A stretch of 64,000 bases of DNA from an uncultured Acidobacteriota bacterium. GTDB lineage: Bacteria; Acidobacteriota; Terriglobia; Terriglobales; Acidobacteriaceae. Position numbers and translations under genes: made by a program. Positions within the stretch are counted from its first letter, which is position 1, and each line of letters opens with the position of its first letter. Positions 26,977 to 34,751 of this stretch are shown here, one piece after another. The stretch lies in assembly GCA_963747105.1 (NCBI GenBank), contig CAVVEC010000002.1:219438-283437 (forward strand), in the 5' to 3' direction. Below the pieces are notes generated by a model. The model had not been told where the DNA came from. It made no database searches and saw only the letters and a list, made by a program, of their open reading frames with translations.

Positions 26977-29199
26977 CTAGCGAGAAACGCTCAGTTTCGA
27001 TAGAGCAGTTATTCCGAGTCCTCGGCCACAGTCTGTCGCGTAAATGAGATCGTTCGAATTTGGCATCCACACCGGGCTGACAGAATTGCACTCGCTAGCC
27101 GTAAGCTGGAGCCGTTCTCCGGTACGAACGTCCATAGTGTAGAGCTGCCAGTCGCCGTCCTGTTCACAGCTGAAAGCCAACCGCCGCCCATCCGGCGAGA
27201 TTGCAGGGTAACGCGCCGAACAACTCACGGCTGTCAGATCCGCGATTGTTCCGGTTTCAGGATCCACCGTATAGAGTTCGAACTTTCCCGCCCGCAGAGA
27301 ACTGAAAACCATTCGATGATCTGGGTAAAATGCGGCTTCCCGCACATCATATTGCTCCCCCACAAGTTGATGCTCTGCGCTGGGTTCGTCCCCAATTTCA
27401 GCTCTCCCGATCCGGCGCATCCACAAACTACCTCGGCCTTGTACCTCACGGATGTATGCCAACAACTTTCCATCATACGAAACCACCGGTTGTTCGGCAT
27501 TATCGGCCTCGACGGTGAGGCGGTCGCCAACGGTGATCGGGCCCTCAGACTCGAAGCGAACGATGTGTGAACTTTTTCCGGTGGCCACCTCCGCCCAGGT
27601 AACACCGTCCTTCGTCGCAGTGGGGTGGAACCAATCGCCGCCAGCTCCATACGAGGTGATCGAATCTCCCTTCAGCTTGTGAACTTCATAAGTGTCACGG
27701 GACGAAGCACTGAATCGCGGAACCAGCGCAGTGAAGAATAAACTATCCGAGCTGACCGCCGGATCTGTCGCAATTGCTGAGCCGGAAATCGTTGCCACTC
27801 GGCTGGCGTAATTGTCGAATTGCCCGTTTAAGTGTCGCAGGTTCGAAGTTAGGCCAACGGCGGTCAACGTCACAAGCGCCAATGCAGATGGCAAAGAAGA
27901 TCGGGACCTTAATCGAGTGCCGAAAGATTCTTTTGAACCCGAAGTCAGAATCCATAGCAATCCCCCGCCAAGCAGGACCATCAGGGATAGGCGGGGGAAG
28001 AAAAGCAGACTTTGCCATCCGCTTGGATGCATCCTGTACAGGCGGTCATAGGGCACACAAATGACCGCGTAAAGGGCTGTGACGACGCCCGCCGCGGCTG
28101 CTTGCTTACGTGCAACCAGGTAATCAATCACCAAAACTGCTGATAGGATCAGGGCCACAAAGTGGAAGGAGAGAGGCAGTGGAGAAACCAGCAACAACAA
28201 GAACAGATAGCTTGCCCATTCCAGCTTTCTTCTGCCCGGGTCCGTCTTCTGGGAAGTAATTGCCCACAGGAAAGCAATGAAAATAAAGCCGTGCATCCCA
28301 GCCTGAAGCAGGGCGTACAGGGTGGGCAGGTGTGCTACCGGAGCCGGATTTAGCTCCGGTTCCTCAATGAATAGCCGATGAAGGAGAGCGTTCAGCGAAT
28401 CCCATTCGATGGTGTAGGGATCGATGATCTCCCCTCGGAGACCCCAGGGGAGAACCTCTCTCAAGTATGTGCGACACGCATCCGCACCGAAAAGGTAAAC
28501 GGAAAGCACCAAGGCGCCAACTGTCCCAAGTGCAAGGCCGCAAGCGGCGCGCCACTGCTTTCTGACCACGAAGTAAACCAGAAACAGAGCAGGATATATC
28601 TTTATCACCGCGGCGCTCGCAAGCGCGATGCCGGACCAGAGATGCCAATCCCTGAAATACAACCAAGCTGCGAGAGCAAGCAGAAACAATATGACCAGGT
28701 GCACTTGCCCCAAAAGAAAGTTGCTGCGGAGAGGACCGACAGCGAGGAACATCAGCACTCCAATGCGTCGCCAGGCCAGCCGCGTGCTCAGTTTCAGAAG
28801 AACAGCAGTCATCGGCAGGAATACCAAACTCACAAGCAACCAACAGCGCTTTGCCTGTAATGGCGAAAGCGAACACAAAGGCACAACAAGCAGCGCCGAA
28901 GTTGGCGTCGAAGGTATGAAGCCAACGAGAGGTTGATCGATTCGTGCGTGATCTTTCTGGCGTTGAAACCATATCCAATCGTATACGCGCTCGACCGGAT
29001 ATCCTTCTCGATAGAGGCGTGCAACTAAATAGTAATTGGAGAAATCCGAGTCCAAGTGAATCCAAGCAGGAATGAATCCTTTTGCAGCGAACAAAAGGAC
29101 CAAGACTGCCAGCAATGCTCTCTCGGCCCATACTCCCCGAGCAAAGTGGCGGCGCGACCCGGAAGCCGCCGGTGCGATCAGAGCGCCCGATACCTGCAT
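26977..29199 (-). CDS. Fusion of a DUF2029/GT87-like polytopic membrane transferase with a C-terminal TolB/PD40-type beta-propeller
   Basis: The N-terminal ~450 aa are multi-TM (DSDFSNYYLVARLY..., AAVIKIYPALFLVYFVV). The C-terminal ~280 aa carry PD40-like repeats (VVSYDGKLLAYIRE, AAFYPDHRMVFSS, YPAISPDGRRLAFSCEQDGDWQLY, SPVWMPNSNDLIYA). Confidence 0.7.
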   Translation of the reverse strand: MQVSGALIAPAASGSRRHFARGVWAERALLAVLVLLFAAKGFIPAWIHLDSDFSNYYLVARLYREGYPVERVYDWIWFQRQKDHARIDQPLVGFIPSTPTSALLVVPLCSLSPLQAKRCWLLVSLVFLPMTAVLLKLSTRLAWRRIGVLMFLAVGPLRSNFLLGQVHLVILFLLALAAWLYFRDWHLWSGIALASAAVIKIYPALFLVYFVVRKQWRAACGLALGTVGALVLSVYLFGADACRTYLREVLPWGLRGEIIDPYTIEWDSLNALLHRLFIEEPELNPAPVAHLPTLYALLQAGMHGFIFIAFLWAITSQKTDPGRRKLEWASYLFLLLLVSPLPLSFHFVALILSAVLVIDYLVARKQAAAAGVVTALYAVICVPYDRLYRMHPSGWQSLLFFPRLSLMVLLGGGLLWILTSGSKESFGTRLRSRSSLPSALALVTLTAVGLTSNLRHLNGQFDNYASRVATISGSAIATDPAVSSDSLFFTALVPRFSASSRDTYEVHKLKGDSITSYGAGGDWFHPTATKDGVTWAEVATGKSSHIVRFESEGPITVGDRLTVEADNAEQPVVSYDGKLLAYIREVQGRGSLWMRRIGRAEIGDEPSAEHQLVGEQYDVREAAFYPDHRMVFSSLRAGKFELYTVDPETGTIADLTAVSCSARYPAISPDGRRLAFSCEQDGDWQLYTMDVRTGERLQLTASECNSVSPVWMPNSNDLIYATDCGRGLGITALSKLSVSR

Positions 29200-29284
29200 G
29201 ATTTCAATCCTGCCATGTCTACCAGCGCTAACGACCGAGAGGTCACTCCGCCGACCTTATTTTGCAACGCACAAGGGATTTAAT

Positions 29285-30358
29285 TTATCGGCGAGTCTGG
29301 AGCGTCTCATGACGCGCTAACAAATCGCCAAAGAATATAGCAGCGACCGCAGGGTCACTGCCATAGGCCAGATGATAAGCAGGTAACTCCACAAGCGAAC
29401 CGAGGGCACTTGCGCGTTGGGCGTTGAATTTGTCGTCATCTTTGAACGGAAGATTCTCAAAGAGTCGTCGGGACAAGTCGGCGCGAGAAACGGAAGAGAG
29501 GCGCGGCTGGGGCGCCGAATTCCTTTCGAGAAAAAGACAGCAGACCGGCACAACAGGGCGGGCCTGTTGAGGCTGAAACCTACGCTTGCTCAAGTAATAG
29601 AAAGTCAAATCACAGTAGGACAATGGACCAGCTGAAGTTTGAAGCTCCGGAAGAAACTGAAGGGTCTGAGGGCGGAAGGCCGCCGGGAAGAAGTCGCCCC
29701 ACGCGCTTACACCGGCGCTTCCCACTTCCAGAAAGATCGCCTGGTCTGCGTGGAAGTCGAGTCCGACTTTTGCCGCCAGATAACTGGCCGTGGTCTTGCC
29801 ACTATCGGGGGGGCCCATCACAAGGAGACCCTTTTGGCCCAACGCGACACAGGTAGCGGTCAGCGAAACCAATCCGAGACTTCCCGCCGTCAGATAAAAG
29901 ATGGTGTCGATAAAAGGGCAGGTCAGCCCATGCTGATCCTCTGCTAACCCCTCGGCCAGGTAACCAATCGCTTCGCGAGCCTCTAAATCGACGGCCAGAA
30001 AGTTGCTCTGCCCGAACTGGACAAGTCGCAAACCTGGATCTGAAAAGGCGGATCTCTTTGGCCACGGAGGACTCATCTGCGGGCCCGGCTGGACCAGGAT
30101 TCGCCAAAGGAATTGCGCGCGGCCACCAGGCGATCCAGGATAAGGCGCGAATAATTCCACGGCATGCTCCAGAACCCTTTCATCATTGGTTTCCAGTCGT
30201 ATGGTGCGGCCCATTACCGGCAACATGGCACTGTGCGGAGTCGGCGTGAAACGACGCAGAGGATCATGGCGCTTTGTCTCGACCCCGATCTCCCGCGAGA
30301 CAGGCTGATCCTCATGCCGAGGCTCATTCGGTTGTATCGTGCCGGGAATGCTTCCCAT
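29285..30358 (-). CDS. HPr-kinase C-terminal-domain-like P-loop protein (degenerate Walker A GPPDSGKT); start uncertain (ORF open to 30496)
   Basis: SLGLVSLTATCVALGQKGLLVMGPPDSGKTTASYLAAKVGLDFHADQAIFLE resembles HprK-related kinases. MLPVMGRTIRLETNDERVLEHAVELF parallels the N-terminus of the upstream paralog. Confidence 0.65.
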   Translation of the reverse strand: MGSIPGTIQPNEPRHEDQPVSREIGVETKRHDPLRRFTPTPHSAMLPVMGRTIRLETNDERVLEHAVELFAPYPGSPGGRAQFLWRILVQPGPQMSPPWPKRSAFSDPGLRLVQFGQSNFLAVDLEAREAIGYLAEGLAEDQHGLTCPFIDTIFYLTAGSLGLVSLTATCVALGQKGLLVMGPPDSGKTTASYLAAKVGLDFHADQAIFLEVGSAGVSAWGDFFPAAFRPQTLQFLPELQTSAGPLSYCDLTFYYLSKRRFQPQQARPVVPVCCLFLERNSAPQPRLSSVSRADLSRRLFENLPFKDDDKFNAQRASALGSLVELPAYHLAYGSDPAVAAIFFGDLLARHETLQTRR

Positions 30359-30389
30359 GTTGTTTCGGCCCGCAATCACACGCTTCACA

Positions 30390-31394
30390 TCACGACGGAC
30401 ATTCCAACCGATCAAAATAATGCGACAGTTGTTCGGCGATGATCTGCGGCGCTCCGCCGTACTCGAGACGCCAGCAGGGGAGTCCGGCGAGTTCATCGAT
30501 CGTCCTTGCCTGCTCCGCGGCTGCTTCGGGAAGCTCTGCCATCATGTCTGCCTCAAGCCGACGAGCGGCTTCGCTTCTCGGCACATGGTTGAGGCAGAAG
30601 CCACGAGCCTTCCGCTGATCGAGAAAAACAACCAATCGGGGCTCGCACTCGCGAACCCGTTGAACACCAAACTGCAGGTCCGCTTCGTATCGAAAAACGG
30701 ATTCGCCCTTCCACATGTCGGTCGGCGACTGCTGCCGGAGCTCTTGAAACCATGTCGCGGCGTCAGACCGCAGTTTGAGCAACAAGGGCAGTCCCCACGC
30801 GACCAGCTTACCTTGGCGCAGTGAGCAAAAAGTACGGTCGTCCGAAAGAAATCCAAAGCCGACTTGGCCGAGGGCCAAGGACAGGGTTGATTTTCCCGAG
30901 CCTGACGGTCCCGCCAAGAGGAGACCACCTTGATTTCTGGCCACGCAGGCGCAGTGTATCTCCGCGATGCCGAGAGAGCCGCTAACAATGGAGACAATCA
31001 TGGGCAGGATGACTTCCCTCCAATAGGCACGATCCCCACTGATTTGCGGTGAAAATCGACCGATAACACGCCGAGTACGAAGATCGATGAGCGCTGAACT
31101 ATCAGCCTCAAAACCGGCAAAGACAAGATGGTCCAAGCCCCGAACATAGGGCTTTGGCCTCGGCGCCTGGCCGGCGGCGCTTGCGTCTACCCACAACCTA
31201 ATGCGCAGTTCGGTCGGAATTCCCGGACCTTCGTTCCGAACAAAACTCTCACGGGCCGCCGCGAGAATGGATTCGGAATTGGTGCTGATTTCGCACCCTC
31301 TACCGCCCACAAGAAACAATTCATGAAGCGGCGTCTGCGCCTCCTTGCGCAAGAAGTCGCCAGAACAGGTCCCGGGACTGGCAGTTCTGCTCAA
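30390..31394 (-). CDS. HPr-kinase C-terminal-domain-like P-loop protein (HprK-related kinase)
   Basis: SLGIAEIHCACVARNQGGLLLAGPSGSGKSTLSLALGQVGFGFLSDDRTF shows the H-x-(A/S)-x-V...G-x-SG-x-GKST...SDD arrangement typical of the HprK catalytic domain. It has a TTG start. Confidence 0.7.
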   Translation of the reverse strand: MSRTASPGTCSGDFLRKEAQTPLHELFLVGGRGCEISTNSESILAAARESFVRNEGPGIPTELRIRLWVDASAAGQAPRPKPYVRGLDHLVFAGFEADSSALIDLRTRRVIGRFSPQISGDRAYWREVILPMIVSIVSGSLGIAEIHCACVARNQGGLLLAGPSGSGKSTLSLALGQVGFGFLSDDRTFCSLRQGKLVAWGLPLLLKLRSDAATWFQELRQQSPTDMWKGESVFRYEADLQFGVQRVRECEPRLVVFLDQRKARGFCLNHVPRSEAARRLEADMMAELPEAAAEQARTIDELAGLPCWRLEYGGAPQIIAEQLSHYFDRLECPS

Positions 31395-31484
31395 TACGGT
31401 TCGAATGACTTTGCAGCCCGTTCACTTCGGGCTTGCGGAGTTGGGGTGACAGCCATCACGTTGGCGAACACGCGGTCATAGACG

Positions 31485-31512
31485 CGTCACCAAATTCGTA
31501 ACACATTGTAAC
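31485..31512 (-). promoter_or_regulatory. Three hexamers GTTACA/GTTACG/GTGACG (minus-strand reading) with 10- and 12-bp spacing, upstream of the HprK-like/GT-C operon
   Basis: On the plus strand CGTCAC lies at 31485, CGTAAC at 31497 and TGTAAC at 31507. The site is about 90 nt upstream of the 31394 start. This array is less regular than the others. Confidence 0.4.
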
Positions 31513-31620
31513 AAGACGCCGCGGATGACATTGTTCGGGCTCTGGTTCACGTTCCGCTGAATCCCTGCTTGACCCAGCTTTACGCAGTCCAGAGCCCGAA
31601 TTTTTACGCACCAGCGATCG

Positions 31621-32636
31621 CTACTTAAAGTTGATCACTCCGAACAAGCCGTCCGCGTAGCCGTTCGGACCCGCGGTGAAGAACAGCTGATTGGGGTTGC
31701 CGTTCGAGCCGCCGCCTTGACCAAACGCCAGTCCCCAAAGCCCGCTAATGCTGATCACTTTCTTGTTGGTGCCTTTGAGCTGGGTCATGAATTTTCCGGT
31801 CTTGGCGTTGAACGCATTAATCTTGCCATCGCCCAGGTTCCCCACCAGCACGGCATTGCTGGCCGGACCAAAGTTCTTGGGTGCGAGCGCCAACCCCCAG
31901 GGTGCTTTGAGATGGCTATCCTTGGTGAGCGTCTTAATGAAGTTACCCGCCGTGTCGAAGATGTCCACAGCGCCCTTGGTGAAAGAGCCGTCGACAAAGG
32001 CTACGTACAACTGGCCGTTAAGGTTCTGAACGTTATAGACGGAGTAGCCGGAAAGGTTGCTGTCGGTGAAAGAACCCGCGGCGTTGAACTTTCCGTCATA
32101 GATCTCGACTTTATTGGCGGCGTTGTTCGCCGCATAAATGAAGTTAGCCCCGTTGGACTGACCGATCGCCAAGCCGGTGTACGAAGCGCCGTTGCCTGAA
32201 TTATCGATGGCAATCGCAGCGCTCGATCCCAAGAACGAGCTCCAGCCGCTGATGGTGCCGTCCAGACCGTCGAACAGGAAGGTAGAAGCCCAGCCCTTGA
32301 CCACAAAATCCTGGCTGCTGTTGTAGACCTGCCCGGTTGGGGTTCCTTGTTTGCCGCCGGCGCCTGGGATCGTGACTGTTCCCACCAGCACACCCTTGCC
32401 GCTGTAAAACGTGGAGAGGCCGGTTCCCTCGTCACTGATCCAGATCGGTCCGCCCGAGGCGAAAGACATTCCCCAGGCATTCTTAGGTTGGGGTCCTGAT
32501 GTTTCGCCTTGCCTGACTGGTCCGACACAAGGTTGGTTATTTTGTACTGAGCCGCAGCTGGGGCAATCAACCCCAGCACGACCACGAGGGAAGCGAGGAA
32601 AACGAGCGTGCGACTCGAACGCGGTTGAAACACCAT
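31621..32636 (-). CDS. Secreted beta-propeller protein, TIGR03118-like; 1-nt deletion near 32485
   Basis: The signal peptide and N-terminus (MVFQPRSSRTLVFLASLVVVLGLIAPAAAQYKITNLVSDQSGKAKHQDPNL) lie in one frame. The remainder lies in the next frame: KNAWGMSFASGGPIWISDEGTGLSTFY...LWGLAFGQGGGSNGNPNQLFFTAGPNGYADGLFGVINFK. Confidence 0.75.
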
Positions 32637-32771
32637 GATTCTTCTCCTTAAAGTTTTCTGAAATTAATGGGAGTGGCTGACGCGGCGTCATGCAGAACTC
32701 GAGTCGGATTCAAACGAGATCATCCACCCACGCCGAATCAGTGGCATTGTCGAGGTTCCACCCCACCCATA

Positions 32772-32799
32772 TGTCAAGAACATGTCTCCGAATTGTAAA
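32772..32799 (-). promoter_or_regulatory. Three hexamers TTTACA/GAGACA/TTGACA (minus-strand reading) phased at exactly 11 bp, upstream of the TIGR03118-like gene
   Basis: On the plus strand TGTCAA lies at 32772, TGTCTC at 32783 and TGTAAA at 32794. The site is about 135 nt upstream of the ATG at 32636. Confidence 0.55.
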
Positions 32800-32900
32800 T
32801 TCTTACACAGCGTGATCCCCCGGTAAGTATCGGAATCGCGAAGAAAATCTGCAGATCTCGAGGCCGCCGTCTGCGTTGGGCATGCCACTAGCTGTATCTC

Positions 32901-32959
32901 TGGTGCCCGGGACCTGAATCGAACCGGTACGTTCCTTTCGGAACTCGGGATTTTAAGTC
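32901..32959 (-). pseudogene. Displaced 3-prime fragment (anticodon loop to CCA) of a tRNA-Leu(UAA) gene
   Basis: It is 59 nt, colinear with 34475-34533 of the intact tRNA, with 7 mismatches. Six of them are paired changes that keep the variable-arm hairpin (GTTCC-tttc-GGAAC versus GGAGC-tttc-GCCCC). There is no 5-prime half. Confidence 0.8.
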
Positions 32960-33259
32960 ACCATCCAACCCTTTTTAAATTCCGTATCTAGTTGAGTTTA
33001 TAGCTGCTTGTATTTTTTCGGTGAGTCAATCTGTGCCGTCTCGTTACGACCTGCGACGAGCAGTTAGGCAGAGTTTGGGCACGATTATGACGTTGCGACC
33101 GTCAGGGAACTCCGCGATGGATCGTTAGAGCCCGAGAGCGGCAGACCTTGCCTGCCCGGAGTCCGAAAGTCTCCGTTGATAACCAAACGCCAGAGGGCTA
33201 GGATGGTTGGTGTTTAACGCGGCAATCATGACGACTCAGGGCAACATGGAGGCCGGATT

Positions 33260-34443
33260 TTGAGAGTGTGTTTCGGGGCCGCAAGTGTCGGGCTAACGCT
33301 AACGGTCGGGCTTGTGCTAGGGGCGCTGGCAATCCAATCAGGGCAGGCACAGACATTCGCTATACTTCACACCTTTTGCCCCAAGATCGGCTGCAGCGAC
33401 GGGTCGTTCCCCTACGCGGGTTTAATCCGGGACAGAGCCGGGAATCTCTACGGCACCACCAAGGAGGGCGGCTCTTCCGATTTCGGAACGGTGTTCGAGG
33501 TGGACACGAGTGGCACAGAGACCGTGCTCTACAGCTTCACCGGGGGAAACGACGGCGGATATCCTTACGCAAGCTTGATCCGGGACCCCGCGGGGAATCT
33601 TTATGGCACCACTGAGGCGGGCGGCTCTTCCGCAGTAGGAACGGTTTTCAAGCTGGATACCAGCGGCACGGAAACGGTACTGCACAGCTTCCCCTATGGG
33701 CCAACGGATGGGTGCTACCCCTACGCAGGGTTGATCCGGAGACGGCCGGGAATCTCTACGGCAGTACCGCGGAATGCGGCTCTTCCGACGCAGGGACAGT
33801 GTTCAAGCTCGATGCGAGCGGCATCGAGACCGTGTTGCACAGCTTCACCGGATACCCAACGGACGGGGCGTATCCCTACCTCGGCAGTTTGCTCTTGGAC
33901 AAGAAGGACAATCTCTACGGCGTCACGCAATACGGGGGCGCGTCCGATGTAGGAGTCGTGTACAGACTGAGCAAGAGTGGGAAATTGACCGTACTGCACA
34001 GCTTTACCGGGGGAACCACGGACGGGTGTATTCCTACGGAACCCCGGCCATGGACGAGAAGGGCGCTCTCTACGGTACTACCGTGTCGTGCGGTTCCTCC
34101 AACGACGGAATCGTGTGGAAGGTGAGCAAGAAAGGCACGGAGACCGTGCTGTACAACTTTGGGGCGGCGTCGTACCGGGGCCACTTCCTATGCAGGTGTG
34201 ATTATGGATGCGAAGGGTAATCTCTACGGCGACACCACTGCGGGCGGCGCGTCCAATGATGGAACGGTATACAAACTTAATAACAGAGGCGAGCTAACCC
34301 TGTTGCACAGCTTCACCGGGTACCCAACGGACGGGGCCCAGCCCATCGGAGGCTTGAACCGTGACGCGAAGGGCAGCCTCTTTGGCACTACGGTCGGCGG
34401 TGGCGGCAATGGCTACGGGACGGTGTGGAAGCTGACACCGTAA
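33260..34443 (+). pseudogene. Secreted tandem-repeat protein (GloVer-type repeat: ...LYSFTGG.DG..P...LI.D..GNLYGTT..GG....GTVFKL...G.ETVLHSF); at least three to four frame changes
   Basis: A signal peptide (MRVCFGAASVGLTLTVGLVLGALAIQSGQAQ) is followed by about 7 repeats of roughly 50 aa. These are spread over four overlapping ORFs (33260-33952, 33712-34125, 33774-34220, 34159-34443) that join colinearly. Confidence 0.8.
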
Positions 34444-34474
34444 TTGCCATAGCGGAAGCAGTGAATGGGTTGGA

Positions 34475-34563
34475 TGGTGCCCGGGACCGGAATCGAACCG
34501 GTACGGAGCTTTCGCCCCTCGGGATTTTAAGTCCCGTGCGTCTGCCAGTTTCGCCACCCGGGC
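34475..34563 (-). tRNA. tRNA-Leu (anticodon UAA), CCA encoded
   Basis: The reverse complement is GCCCGGGTGGCGAAACTGGCAGACGCACGGGACTTAAAATCCCGAGGGGCGAAAGCTCCGTACCGGTTCGATTCCGGTCCCGGGCACCA. It folds with a 7-bp acceptor stem, anticodon stem CGGGA/TCCCG with loop CTTAAAA, a long variable arm and a GGTTCGATTCC T-loop. Confidence 0.95.
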
Positions 34564-34751
34564 GCGAACCAATCAAGTATAGGTCATGCCACAGCTTTCT
34601 TAACGGCAGACGCAGCCAGCCGCGAATTCGTCAGTCCGCTGACAATGTCGCGCACTGGATCGCTATCGTGCCCCAGCGGGCTCAACTGAAGCCAGGCGTT
34701 CAAGTGCGCCAAATCACTCAATCAGCAAGCAGCACCAGCATTTGTCGGGCC

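Noticed and set aside
31391-31456. 21-codon minus-strand ORF (MAVTPTPQARSERAAKSFEPY) whose TGA overlaps the TTG start of the first HprK-like gene
   Set aside because: It has no RBS and no Cys, Ser or Thr-rich core typical of modified peptides, and it lies inside the promoter/leader region. It is probably fortuitous.
32960-34474. Calling the tRNA-flanked segment a genomic island or prophage
   Set aside because: It is only 1.5 kb, with no integrase, excisionase or phage genes. It is reported as an integration footprint or remnant, not as a mobile element.
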